Below, one piece after another: positions 48,480 to 58,400 of a stretch of 64,000 bases of DNA. This DNA is from Acidobacteriota bacterium (GTDB taxonomy: Bacteria; Acidobacteriota; UBA6911). Position numbers and translations under genes: made by a program. The stretch covers positions 32,001 through 96,000 of the forward strand of contig OY761556.1 of NCBI GenBank assembly GCA_963664705.1, read 5' to 3'. Within the stretch, counting starts at the first letter, position 1, and every line of letters begins with the position of its first letter. The notes below the pieces were generated by a model that searched no databases, was not told the origin of the DNA, and saw only the letters and a program-made list of their open reading frames with translations.

Positions 48480-49369
48480 TGAACCGGTTTGCCAGTGCAT
48501 TGATGTCCCGCCAGTTGATTGTTTCGGCGGAGTGCCTGCCGCCCCGGGGTTCGGACCCGGAGGCGATCAAGGCTTTTTCCGCATCTCTTCCGGAACGGGT
48601 GAATGCCGTTGTTGTTGCGGATAACCCTGATGTAATCCGCGGATCCGCTCTTTCGACGGCTCGGCTTTTGTCGTGGGAAGGCAAGAAGAGCATTGTCCTT
48701 TCGATGGCTACACGTGATCGCAACCGGTTGGCTCTCCTGAGCGATGCTTTGGGCGCGGCGGCCCTGGATGTGGATGCAGTGCTTTGCATGAGCGGCAATC
48801 ACCAGTCCATCGGCGTGTGTCCCCAGGCTGCGGCCGCAAACGATTTTGACTCCATCCAGTTTACCCAGGCGCTGAAGAAACTGGTTCTTCATGGTGTGGG
48901 GCCCAATGGAAACGGCCTTGAACCCCGGCTCGAATTGCAGATTGGTGCGACAGCGCATCCCTACCTGCGTCCGTTGGACCTGAGTCTCTTCCGCCTCAGG
49001 AAGAAGATTCTTGCGGGAGCCGATTTTCTCTTCACGCAGGCGATCTTTGATCTTGGCGGGTTTTTTGAATGGATAAAGGGTGTGCAGGCTGCCGGGTTTG
49101 ACAAGAGGACGGCCATCATTGCCAGCGTTCTGCCGCTTGCAAGCGTCGACAAAGCGAGGGAATTGCAGAAGGCGCATACCTATGGGCCGGTTCCGGACAG
49201 CGTTGTGGAACGCATCAGCGGAGCTGCTCAGCCTGCTCGCGAAGGCGTGGCGATCGCAGCGGAGATAGCAAAGCAGTTGAAAAGTGTTCCGGAAATCCGT
49301 GGCATTCACATTCTCAACGGCGGTGATGATTCCCTGATCGCCGATGTCATAAAGCAGGCCGGAGTTTAG
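48479..49369 (+). CDS. metF: Divergent MetF-like methylene-THF reductase
   Basis: AECLPPRGSD, VADN, TRDRNRLALLSD, MSGNH, FTQ, GIHI; ATG overlaps the upstream stop. Confidence 0.8.
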   Translation: MNRFASALMSRQLIVSAECLPPRGSDPEAIKAFSASLPERVNAVVVADNPDVIRGSALSTARLLSWEGKKSIVLSMATRDRNRLALLSDALGAAALDVDAVLCMSGNHQSIGVCPQAAAANDFDSIQFTQALKKLVLHGVGPNGNGLEPRLELQIGATAHPYLRPLDLSLFRLRKKILAGADFLFTQAIFDLGGFFEWIKGVQAAGFDKRTAIIASVLPLASVDKARELQKAHTYGPVPDSVVERISGAAQPAREGVAIAAEIAKQLKSVPEIRGIHILNGGDDSLIADVIKQAGV

Positions 49370-49449
49370 TTCTGAATTTTCGGGCGTGAAGCGGAAGTCG
49401 CGGAATTCCCGTTCGTTATTTTTTGGCAATTTTTTCTGTAGAGACACAT

Positions 49450-50871
49450 ATGCCTGATCGTTACCACATTCATACGGTGCCCACGCCGGGGCGCTTCTAC
49501 CGGGTCGGAAAGTTCGGCGGTGTTGACTGGCGCGAGGACTGCTCCCGTTGTTCCAATTGCGTAAAGCGGCGCTGCTGCTATGACGTGTATGACCACGAGT
49601 CGGACCATAATCGGGATCCGTTCAGCTCCAGTCAGACGTTGAATGAATGCAAGGCCTGTTTCTCCTGTGTTCAGGGCTGCACGAAAGGCCTGCTAAGCCT
49701 TTCCGTCAATCCTGAATTCCTCGAAATGGGAGATGATTTCTGGAAGCCCGACGTAATCATGACCACATGGAATCAGGCCGAGACCGGCAAAATTCCTGTG
49801 TCCGGCGCCGGATATCGCGGCCGCTTTCATGGCCCTGGATTCGATTCCATCTGGACGGATATGTCTGAGATTGTTCGCCCCACGCGGGATGGAATTCATG
49901 GACGCGAATACATCTCTACCTCCGTGGATATCGGTCCCAAGCCGATGCGCCTGAGTTTTGCACCGGACGGGACTATGCTCTCGGCTCCTGCGAAACTCCT
50001 GGAATTGCAGATGCCCGCGGTTCTGGACATCCCGGCCTGGCCGGTGCAGCAACCGGCTCTTGCCCAAGCGCGCGCCGTGGCGGCCGAAGAACTGAAAACC
50101 GTGGCTGTGATGTATGCAAAGGATGCCGTGCTCCTGTCAATGGAATTGCGGCCTTTTGTTGCACCCATCATTGATGCGGAAGTGCCGGCGGGGATTCTCG
50201 ACGGGCGCTGGGCAATGATGCAACTGATTGATCGGGCGGACATTCTGAAGAATGCCGAGGCAATTCGGGCGACAAATCCCGAGATGATTCTATCTGTCCG
50301 GTTGCCGCTTGGCCCGGATACCACCGAGCGCCTCCTCGACCTTTTCCGCCGCGGGTTTAGAGTTTTTCATCTGTGCGCGGATTTGCACGGAAAGGAACTG
50401 ACGGAGGATTCCGTGTCCGCGCGTCATATCAAGGATGTTCTTCGGGAACTTCATTCCCGCCTTGTCAAAGAGGGGATCCGGGATGAAGCAACCCTGATCG
50501 TTGCCGGCGGAATCGCGCTGGCGGAGCATATGGCCAAATCCATTATTTGCGGCGCGGATCTCGTGGCTGCCGACACGGCTTTGATGGTGGCTCTTGGCTG
50601 TCGCGTGTGCCGTGACGCTCATGTGCCGGGACAGAAGAGCTGTGCCTGCCCGGCCGAACTGGACTCTGTAGACATCAATTATGCGGCCCAGCGCATCGTC
50701 AATCTGATGGGGGCATGGCACAGTCAGCTGATTGAAGTCCTCGGCGCGATGGGCATCCGCGAAGCGCGACGGTTGCGCGGCGAAATGGGCCGGGCCATTT
50801 TCATGGAAGAGATTGAAAAAGAAGCTTTTGGAGACCTTTACCGGGTCCGTCAGGAGCAGGTGAGTGCATAA
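49450..50871 (+). CDS. Glutamate-synthase-related FMN-barrel/Fe-S protein, degenerate paralog
   Basis: N-terminal CSRCSNC...C / CKACFSCVQGC; C-terminal IVAGGI...GAD...LGCRVC...LGAMG...LRG; central GltB motifs absent. Confidence 0.75.
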   Translation: MPDRYHIHTVPTPGRFYRVGKFGGVDWREDCSRCSNCVKRRCCYDVYDHESDHNRDPFSSSQTLNECKACFSCVQGCTKGLLSLSVNPEFLEMGDDFWKPDVIMTTWNQAETGKIPVSGAGYRGRFHGPGFDSIWTDMSEIVRPTRDGIHGREYISTSVDIGPKPMRLSFAPDGTMLSAPAKLLELQMPAVLDIPAWPVQQPALAQARAVAAEELKTVAVMYAKDAVLLSMELRPFVAPIIDAEVPAGILDGRWAMMQLIDRADILKNAEAIRATNPEMILSVRLPLGPDTTERLLDLFRRGFRVFHLCADLHGKELTEDSVSARHIKDVLRELHSRLVKEGIRDEATLIVAGGIALAEHMAKSIICGADLVAADTALMVALGCRVCRDAHVPGQKSCACPAELDSVDINYAAQRIVNLMGAWHSQLIEVLGAMGIREARRLRGEMGRAIFMEEIEKEAFGDLYRVRQEQVSA

Positions 50872-51122
50872 CAGCGGAGCGCGGAATCAGAAAACCGCAG
50901 ATCAGAATAAGACCTGTGCCTTTACAGGGCTTTCGGGGTTGTGTTCAGGCTCGGAGACATGTGCAGGCTCAACGCTATTTTCCCGCCACATCAGGGTCGC
51001 TCCTTCCGATATGGCAGTGACAAATAGCAGGGCGAGGGCCTGCAATTATGTTTCCCGAGCTGAAAGCCCGAGGCCCTGCAAGGGCACCAGGTTTACTGCT
51101 CCTTTTTAGCACAGGTGGGTGC

Positions 51123-52700
51123 ATGACGACAACTATTGCAAAAATCCAAATCCAAGATGATATCCAGCCTGAGACGGGTCATAGCGATTGGCCGCAGGAA
51201 TCGGTCCCTCGCGAGGTACGTCCGGTTCCCGACCGCTATCGCAATCCGATCGGCAAATACAAGGTGGATCGGCTTGCATCCTGCATATCCTGCGGGCGTT
51301 GCGCCGAGGTTTGCCAATACGGTGTGCACGTAAAACCGGAAGGCTACAAATACATGCTTCGGCCGCTGGATTACCGATGCGTGGGCCCGGCTTGCTCGGA
51401 ACGCGGCGGGGAATGCATCCATGAATGCCCCAAGAAGGCCCTGGTGTTGAGACTGAATCCGAACGTCGACTGCATGGGCGACCCGCGCTGGTCCAGTGAT
51501 CTGATTCTGTCAACGTGGTATCAGTCGGAAACAGGGCAAACACCACCGGCTCACCTGGAATACCGGCACGGAGACTCCGGCGGGGGTTTCGACCGGATGC
51601 GTTTCAAGTTTGAAATTCCGGGTCTTGAAACCCCGAAACCCGGCACCGTCTTCGACGCCAAAAAGGAAAATCCTGCGGATGTCGATACGGGTCTGGATCT
51701 GAATCGCCGGGACGATGGACGTCCTCAGGTCCACATTGATATCCCTATCTATGGCGGTGGAATGAGTTTCGGGTCCGTCAGCATTTACACGATTCTGGCA
51801 AAGGCCCGCTCTGCGGCTGCCTGGAATACATTCAGTTGTACCGGAGAAGGCGGCTATCCCGATCGCCTCAAACCATATGATGACCATATGATTACCCAGG
51901 TGGCTACCGGTCTCTTCGGAGTTCGGGAAGAGACAATTCAGCGGGTACGCATTGTCGAATTCAAGTATGCGCAGGGCGCTAAGCCCGGATTGGGTGGACA
52001 TCTCCTGGGGGACAAAAACACTCCGGCCGTGGCTCGTATGCGAGGCGCCGTCCCCGGGAACGCGCTGTTCAGCCCATTCCCGTTTCATAGCGTTTATAGC
52101 GTCGAAGACCACAAAAAGCACCTGGACTGGATAAAGGAAGTCAACCCGGACTGCCTTGTCAGTGTAAAGGTTTCGACTCCGACGGATGTAGACATGGTTG
52201 CGGTCGGAAGCTATTACGCGGGTGCGCACATCATTCACCTCGATGGAAGCTACGGCGGGACGGGTGCGGCTCCCGACATTGCAAAAAAGAACATTGCGAT
52301 GCCGATCGAGTATGGGATCCCCAAGGTTCACAAATTTCTCACCGCCGAGGGCATTCGTGAAAAGGTCACCCTGATTGCCTCCGGTGGTTGTCGTACTGCT
52401 TACGACGTGCTGAAAGCGATTGCGCTGGGTGCTGACGGGGTGGTGATCGGGACGGCCGAAATGGTTGCTCTTGGCTGCGTGCGGTGTGCCTGCTGTGAAA
52501 GCGGCCGCGGGTGCCCCAGGGGCATTGCGTCCACCGATACAGAACTGATCGAGCTGATGGATTTGGAATGGGCGACACAGAGACTGATCAACCTCCAGAA
52601 CGCCTGGCACGAACAGATGATTTCCGTCCTGAGGCAGCTTGGAATGGCTTCCATCCGGGAGTTGCGCGGTCGCAGTGATGTGCTTTGCTACTTGGATTAG
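51123..52700 (+). CDS. Archaeal-type glutamate synthase FMN subunit (GltB2/MgsC-like) with ferredoxin domain
   Basis: GGMSFGSVS, TGEGG, QVATGLFGV, QGAKPGLGGHL, DGSYGGTGAA, IASGG, CVRCACCESGRGCPRGIA. Confidence 0.88.
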   Translation: MTTTIAKIQIQDDIQPETGHSDWPQESVPREVRPVPDRYRNPIGKYKVDRLASCISCGRCAEVCQYGVHVKPEGYKYMLRPLDYRCVGPACSERGGECIHECPKKALVLRLNPNVDCMGDPRWSSDLILSTWYQSETGQTPPAHLEYRHGDSGGGFDRMRFKFEIPGLETPKPGTVFDAKKENPADVDTGLDLNRRDDGRPQVHIDIPIYGGGMSFGSVSIYTILAKARSAAAWNTFSCTGEGGYPDRLKPYDDHMITQVATGLFGVREETIQRVRIVEFKYAQGAKPGLGGHLLGDKNTPAVARMRGAVPGNALFSPFPFHSVYSVEDHKKHLDWIKEVNPDCLVSVKVSTPTDVDMVAVGSYYAGAHIIHLDGSYGGTGAAPDIAKKNIAMPIEYGIPKVHKFLTAEGIREKVTLIASGGCRTAYDVLKAIALGADGVVIGTAEMVALGCVRCACCESGRGCPRGIASTDTELIELMDLEWATQRLINLQNAWHEQMISVLRQLGMASIRELRGRSDVLCYLD

Positions 52701-52784
52701 TTTCAAATTCAGGGGTTTGCACCGCCGGTTTCTGAGCGGCAAACCGAGATTTGAAATGTGACATCTGGAATTTAGGGGAATTAC

Positions 52785-55385
52785 GTGAACGACATAGCAG
52801 AACGACTGTTGGCAACCCGCTCGCATGTATATCGCGGGCCTCAGATGCCCTTGATCAAATCAGCCGAAGAAGGGGGATGCGGTGTTACGGGGTTTGCCTG
52901 CACAATCCCATTGGCCGGCAGGTACATTTACGAACCTTCCATTCAGATGCAGAACCGAGGGAATGGAAAAGGCGGCGGCATTGCTGCCGTCGGTCTCGTG
53001 CCGGAGCAAATGGGGGTATCTCGCGATGTGCTGGACAGCCATTACCTGTTGCAGATTGCGCTGCTCGATCCCACCTGCCATGCGGATCTCGAACGACGGT
53101 ATGTCCTGCCGAATTTCGATGTGGCTCTTTCCTCAAGACAGCCGCACATCGACGATTACCGGGACATTCCCGGGCTGGACGTCCGGCCCCCGGATGTGCA
53201 CCGGTATGTCGTTCGCCCCAAGCCAGCGATACTGAAATCCTTTGCCGCGGAAAACGGACTCGAAAGTCTGCCGGCCCGAGATATTGAAGACGAATTCGTC
53301 TGGCGGAATTCCTATCGGCTCAATGATGAATACTACGCCTCTCTTGGAGAAAAACGGGCGTTTGTCCTCTCCCATAGCCGGGATCTTCTTGTTTTCAAGC
53401 TGGTGGGCTACGCCGAACAGAATGTCGAATACTATCAGTTGCAGGATTTCAAGGCACATGCATGGATCGCGCACCAGCGCTATCCAACCAAGGGCCGTGT
53501 CTGGCATCCCGGCGGGGCTCACCCGTTTGTCGGCCTGAACGAAGCCCTGGTGCATAACGGTGATTTTGCCAATTACTATTCCGTATGCGAATATCTCCGG
53601 CAAAGGAATATCCGCCAGCAGTTTTTGACGGACACGGAAGTGTCGGCGCAGCTCTTTGATCTTTGGGATCGCGTATACAAATATCCGCTTGAATACATCA
53701 TTGAAGCGCTCGCTCCGACAACGGAACTCGATTTTGATCAGCTCCCGCCGGAGAAGCAGGCTATCTATCGACAGATCCAGGCCACGCACATTCACGCTTC
53801 CCCGGACGGCCCGTGGTTTTTCATCATTGCCCGAAGCCAGCCCGACCAGAGACGAGTTCAACTGTTGGGCATCACCGATACCGCTATGCTGCGGCCCCAG
53901 GTTTTTGCCTTGTCCAATAATGACGATATTCAAATCGGTCTGATCTGTTCCGAGAAGCAGGCGATCGATGCAACGCTGCGCAGCCTGGCAAAGGAAGATA
54001 TGCGGTTCTGCCCGGTTGCCGACAAATACTGGAATGCCCGTGGCGGGTCCAGCACGGATGGTGGTGCCTTTATTTTCAGCGTCGATTCCGATCAGGAAGG
54101 ACGGAAGACGCTTGCGTGCACGGACAAGTTCGGACGGCCCGTCGTGATTAACTCCGGCTCCGTCCGTTGCGATCTGCCTTCGACCAACACGATAGAGAAA
54201 GAAGCGCCCGATGCATTGCGCGAACTGGTCAACCAGTGGCTGCAAAAAGGGAAGGTTGAGGATCTTTTCACATATGCCCTCGATCTTCCATCCTGGTCGT
54301 CCGGCGATCTGCAGCGTTTCTGCAAACTCGTCGTCGATGGGGCCGATAACGCCACATCGCGAAAAACGGCGATTGAACTGCTGACGATGCTTCGGGACCG
54401 GCGTTTTTATACCGGTGACAAGCGAAGAGCCACGGTGATTTGGGTTGTAGACAAGATGATAGAGGCTCTGTTTGACAGTGCGCCGCTGTTTGGCGAGCCG
54501 GTCAGCCGTTTCTGGCGCCGGGTCAACTGGAATACGCGGGATCAGGTAGTTGCGCCGCGTGCCGGAGAAGAATTGCTCCTGATTGATGCCCAGGAGTTTC
54601 CGCCGGAAGGCGACTATTGCGATGCTGTTCTTCTGAGACAGGCCTATCGGCTGGGTTGGAAGCAATTCATCGTATACCGGTTGCGTGGTCAGCGCTTTCA
54701 CGGGGCAGGTCTGGGCCCGGAAACCGGTTCGGTGCGCATCGATCTGTATGGATCCAACGGAGACTATACGGCGAGCGGCATGGATGGCCTGCAGTTGTAT
54801 ATTCACGGTAATGCACAAGATCAGGTTGCTCAGATTGCCAAGAGCGGAAAACTTGTCATTTACGGAGATGTTGGCCAGACCTTCATGTATGGAGCAAAAG
54901 GAGGCGAGGTTTACGTCCTGGGAAACGCTGCAGGCAGGCCGCTGATCAATGCGGTTGGACGTCCGCGCGTAGTCATCAATGGAACATGCCTGGATTTCCT
55001 GGCGGAATCTTTCATGGCCGGGGATCCGCTGCTCGGCGGGGGCTTCGTAATCGTGAATGGAATTGAGTTTGACGGCCGCGGCAATATCGTGCCTCAACCG
55101 GCTCCCTATCCCGGCAGCAACCTCTTTTCTCTTGCCAGCGGGGGTGCCATCTATATTCGAGATCCTCATCAGCAGGTAGTCGAACGGCAGCTGAATGGCG
55201 GCGTTTTCTCCTCTTTGACCGACAAAGACTGGAGGCTCATCCGCCCCTATCTCGTAGAAAACGAGAGCCTGTTTGGAGTCCGGATCCAAGACCTCCTGAC
55301 CGTTGATGGCGTTGTAAAACCGCCACACGAAGTCTATCGAAAGGTAAGTGCAGTGAAACTTGCCGTGCTTGCCAAGTCGAAGTAG
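52785..55385 (+). CDS. Class II glutamine amidotransferase fused to a GXGXG beta-helix (GltB1+GltB3 / MgsA+MgsB-like)
   Basis: EEGG-CGVTG (Ntn Cys), RGNGKGG, AHQRYPT, AHPF, HNG, TDTE; C-terminal GDVGQTFMYGAKGG and ASGGAIYIR. Confidence 0.85.
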   Translation: MNDIAERLLATRSHVYRGPQMPLIKSAEEGGCGVTGFACTIPLAGRYIYEPSIQMQNRGNGKGGGIAAVGLVPEQMGVSRDVLDSHYLLQIALLDPTCHADLERRYVLPNFDVALSSRQPHIDDYRDIPGLDVRPPDVHRYVVRPKPAILKSFAAENGLESLPARDIEDEFVWRNSYRLNDEYYASLGEKRAFVLSHSRDLLVFKLVGYAEQNVEYYQLQDFKAHAWIAHQRYPTKGRVWHPGGAHPFVGLNEALVHNGDFANYYSVCEYLRQRNIRQQFLTDTEVSAQLFDLWDRVYKYPLEYIIEALAPTTELDFDQLPPEKQAIYRQIQATHIHASPDGPWFFIIARSQPDQRRVQLLGITDTAMLRPQVFALSNNDDIQIGLICSEKQAIDATLRSLAKEDMRFCPVADKYWNARGGSSTDGGAFIFSVDSDQEGRKTLACTDKFGRPVVINSGSVRCDLPSTNTIEKEAPDALRELVNQWLQKGKVEDLFTYALDLPSWSSGDLQRFCKLVVDGADNATSRKTAIELLTMLRDRRFYTGDKRRATVIWVVDKMIEALFDSAPLFGEPVSRFWRRVNWNTRDQVVAPRAGEELLLIDAQEFPPEGDYCDAVLLRQAYRLGWKQFIVYRLRGQRFHGAGLGPETGSVRIDLYGSNGDYTASGMDGLQLYIHGNAQDQVAQIAKSGKLVIYGDVGQTFMYGAKGGEVYVLGNAAGRPLINAVGRPRVVINGTCLDFLAESFMAGDPLLGGGFVIVNGIEFDGRGNIVPQPAPYPGSNLFSLASGGAIYIRDPHQQVVERQLNGGVFSSLTDKDWRLIRPYLVENESLFGVRIQDLLTVDGVVKPPHEVYRKVSAVKLAVLAKSK

Positions 55386-55406
55386 CGCGGATTTTTGGAC
55401 CTGAAC

Positions 55407-58400
55407 ATGGAACAGCAAATGGACATTGAGAAGGTCGGGGCGGTGCTGGTGTGCGGCGCAGGGATTGCGGGCATCCAGGCATCGCTGGATCTGGCGGACA
55501 GCGGATTCAAAGTATATCTGCTGGAGCATACCGCCGCCATTGGCGGCCGCATGGCTCAACTGGACAAAGCCTATCCAACAGGCGACTGTTCGATGTGCAT
55601 TCTTTCGCCACGCCTGGTGGAATGTGCCAGAAACAGGAATATCGAAATCATCACCCTCGCCGATCTGGAAAGTGTTTCCGGAGAGCCCGGCAACTTCAAA
55701 GTCAAGATACGGCAGAATCCCCGTTACATTGATGCAAGGAAGTGTGATGCCTGCGGCGATTGCTCGGCGGTTTGCCCGGTCAGTCTTTCGAGCGAATTCG
55801 ATTGCGGCATGGGCGAAAAAAAGGCGGTTTCGCTGCCCTATCCCCAGGCAATTCCCGGTATCTTCAGTATTTCGAAAGCCCAGGGGCAGGTGCCTTGCAG
55901 ATCTCTTTGCCCGGCCGGAGTTAATGTCCCAGGCTTTGTCGCGCTGGTTGCCGCCGGCAAATTCAAAGAAGCTTTCGAGCTTATCCGTTTGCGTTGTTCG
56001 CTCCCCGCTGTCTCCGGGCGTATATGCCGTCATTCCTGCCAGGATAAATGCAATCGGGGTGAAGTAGATGAATCCGTCTCCATTCGCCACCTGGAAAGAT
56101 ATGTAGCCGACTACGTGCAACAGAACCCGGATCAATACCCGGAGCGCTCCGGATCCGTGATTGCATCGGGCAAAAGGGTTGCCATTATCGGATCAGGGCC
56201 TGCCGGATTGACGGCTGCTTCGGATCTGTCTCTGATGGGGTATGGCGTTACCTTGTTTGAGGCCAAACCGCAGCTTGGCGGTATGTTGCGATACGGGATC
56301 CCTGAATACCGGCTACCCAAGGAAATTCTCGATAGGGATGTTCGGCATATCCTGGAGTTGGGAGTAGAGGTCAGAACCAATACTCCGATTGAAAAACCGG
56401 GTGATCTTCTCAAATCCCGGCAAGCTGACGGTGCTTCAGCCAATGCCGCTGACTTTGACGCGGTGTTTGTATCGACCGGGGCCTGGCAAAGCCTCAAACC
56501 GGGTATTCCCGGGGAGGATGCCGGCGGAGTCTGGGAGGGATTGAAATTCCTTTACGCGGTAAATTCCGGTAGCAGTTTCGAGATCGGACCCGAAGTGCTG
56601 GTCATCGGGGGGTCCGCTTTAGCCATCGATACGGCCCGATGCGCGCTGAGAGTGCCCGGAGTGAAATCGGTGCAGCTAGCCTGCCTCGAAAATGCGGGCG
56701 AATTACGCGCGGGTACGGACCATGTCGCGGAAGCGATTGCCGAGGGCATTGAGATTCACTATAGCCTTGGGCCAACCACTGTCAATGCAAAGGACAGCCG
56801 GGTCTCCTCGGTAAGATTTCGCGCCTGCACCAGCCTGTATGACGAATATAAGAGATTTGATCCGCTGTTTGACGATTCATCCATCCGAACTATTTCCGCC
56901 GACACTGTCATTATCGCAAGTGGCCGGGCAGTCGATGCAAAGGGCTTTGGGCTCGAAATGCGGCCCGGCGGGCGCATCCTAGCCGATAAAGATACGCTGG
57001 CAACCGGTGTCCGGGGAGTGTTTGCGGGAGGGGACGCCGTTCTGGGCCCGGCATCGATGGTGGATGCAATGGCTCACGGGCATAAGGCGGCTGCATCCAT
57101 TGATGCCTTCATTCGAGGCAGCGCATCCATTCGCAGTATGTCAAAAGCATCTGCCGGGGATACTGCGAGTACCGCTTCCGTGCACTTTGCCCATAACCCG
57201 AAGCCATGGGTATCCAAGCAGTCTCACAGCCCTATCGCGCGCGCAAAAGAATCTTCCAGACCGCAGGATCATTCGGAAATATTTCTTGGCTATTCGCATG
57301 ATGCCGCCATTGCCGAGGCAAAACTGTGCCTGGCCTGTGGCTTATGCAGTGAATGCCTGTTGTGTGTGAAGGCGTGCTCGGCCGATGCCCTGGTTCATGA
57401 TCAGCAGGCGACATCCCTTGAGGTCGAGGTCGGGAGCATCATCCTCGCGCCGGGCGTCGAAGAACTCGAGTCTGCCGCAGCCCGAAAATTCGGGCTGGGT
57501 AAATATGCGAATGTTGTCTCCGGTCTGCAGTTTGAACGGATGCTTGCGGCGGCCGGGCCGTCCGGACGCCTTCATCGTCATTCGGATGCCGGCGAAGTCA
57601 GAAGCATTGCCTTTATTCAATGTGTCGGCGGTCGTGAAGGGGATGCGGACTATTGCTCTTCGATTTGCTGTATGAATACGGCAAAGGCGGCTTTGGGTGC
57701 GTTGGAGCGATCGGCTGCGGGAGCTATGGAAGTTACGATATTCTGCCGCGAAGTCCGTTCCTTTGGGAAAGAATCGGACGCCTATATTCGCAGGGCAAAG
57801 CAGGAAAATGGCTTGCATTACCTGCGGGCTGTTCCATCCAATCTTTGGGAGACGGGTGAGACCGGCAGGCTGAAGATTGCCTGGCCGGGAAAGGATGGCG
57901 TATCCGAGCAGGAGTTCGACCTGGTTGTTCTCAGTACCGGGGCACAGGTATCCGCCGGCGCCAGGGATATGGCCTCCCGGATTGGTTTGCAGCTGAATAG
58001 CTTTGGTTTTGTCCAGACGGACAGGATGTCTCCATTTGCGACATCCCGACCAGGGATTTTCGTCGCCGGCTCCTTTCAGGAACCCAAGGACATATCCGAA
58101 TCGGTCGCGCAGGCTTCCGGCGCAGCCGCCTGCTCCATGAGCCTGTTGACGGCTGTCCGGGGCACAATGACTCGGCGCCATGAGTATCCCTGGGAAAGAG
58201 ATGTTGCCGATGAGTCGCCCCGGATTGGCGTTTTTGTCTGCCGTTGCGGACACAACATTGCGGATGTTGTGGACGTTGAACTGGTTGCCAGCAAAGCGGC
58301 GAAGATGCCCGGCGTGTGCCATGCAGAGGTGAGCACCTATACATGCTCGGATACCAATCAGCAGCATATCCGCTCCCTCATTCGTAAACACCGTCTCAAC

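Noticed and set aside
50872-51122. 250-bp gap inside the second cluster with short repeats (CGAGG.CCTGCAA twice)
   Set aside because: Repeats are too short, and no credible ORF, promoter or RNA motif could be supported
53133-56135. 1000-aa minus-strand ORF
   Set aside because: Antisense shadow of the amidotransferase fusion and HdrL; no motifs of its own
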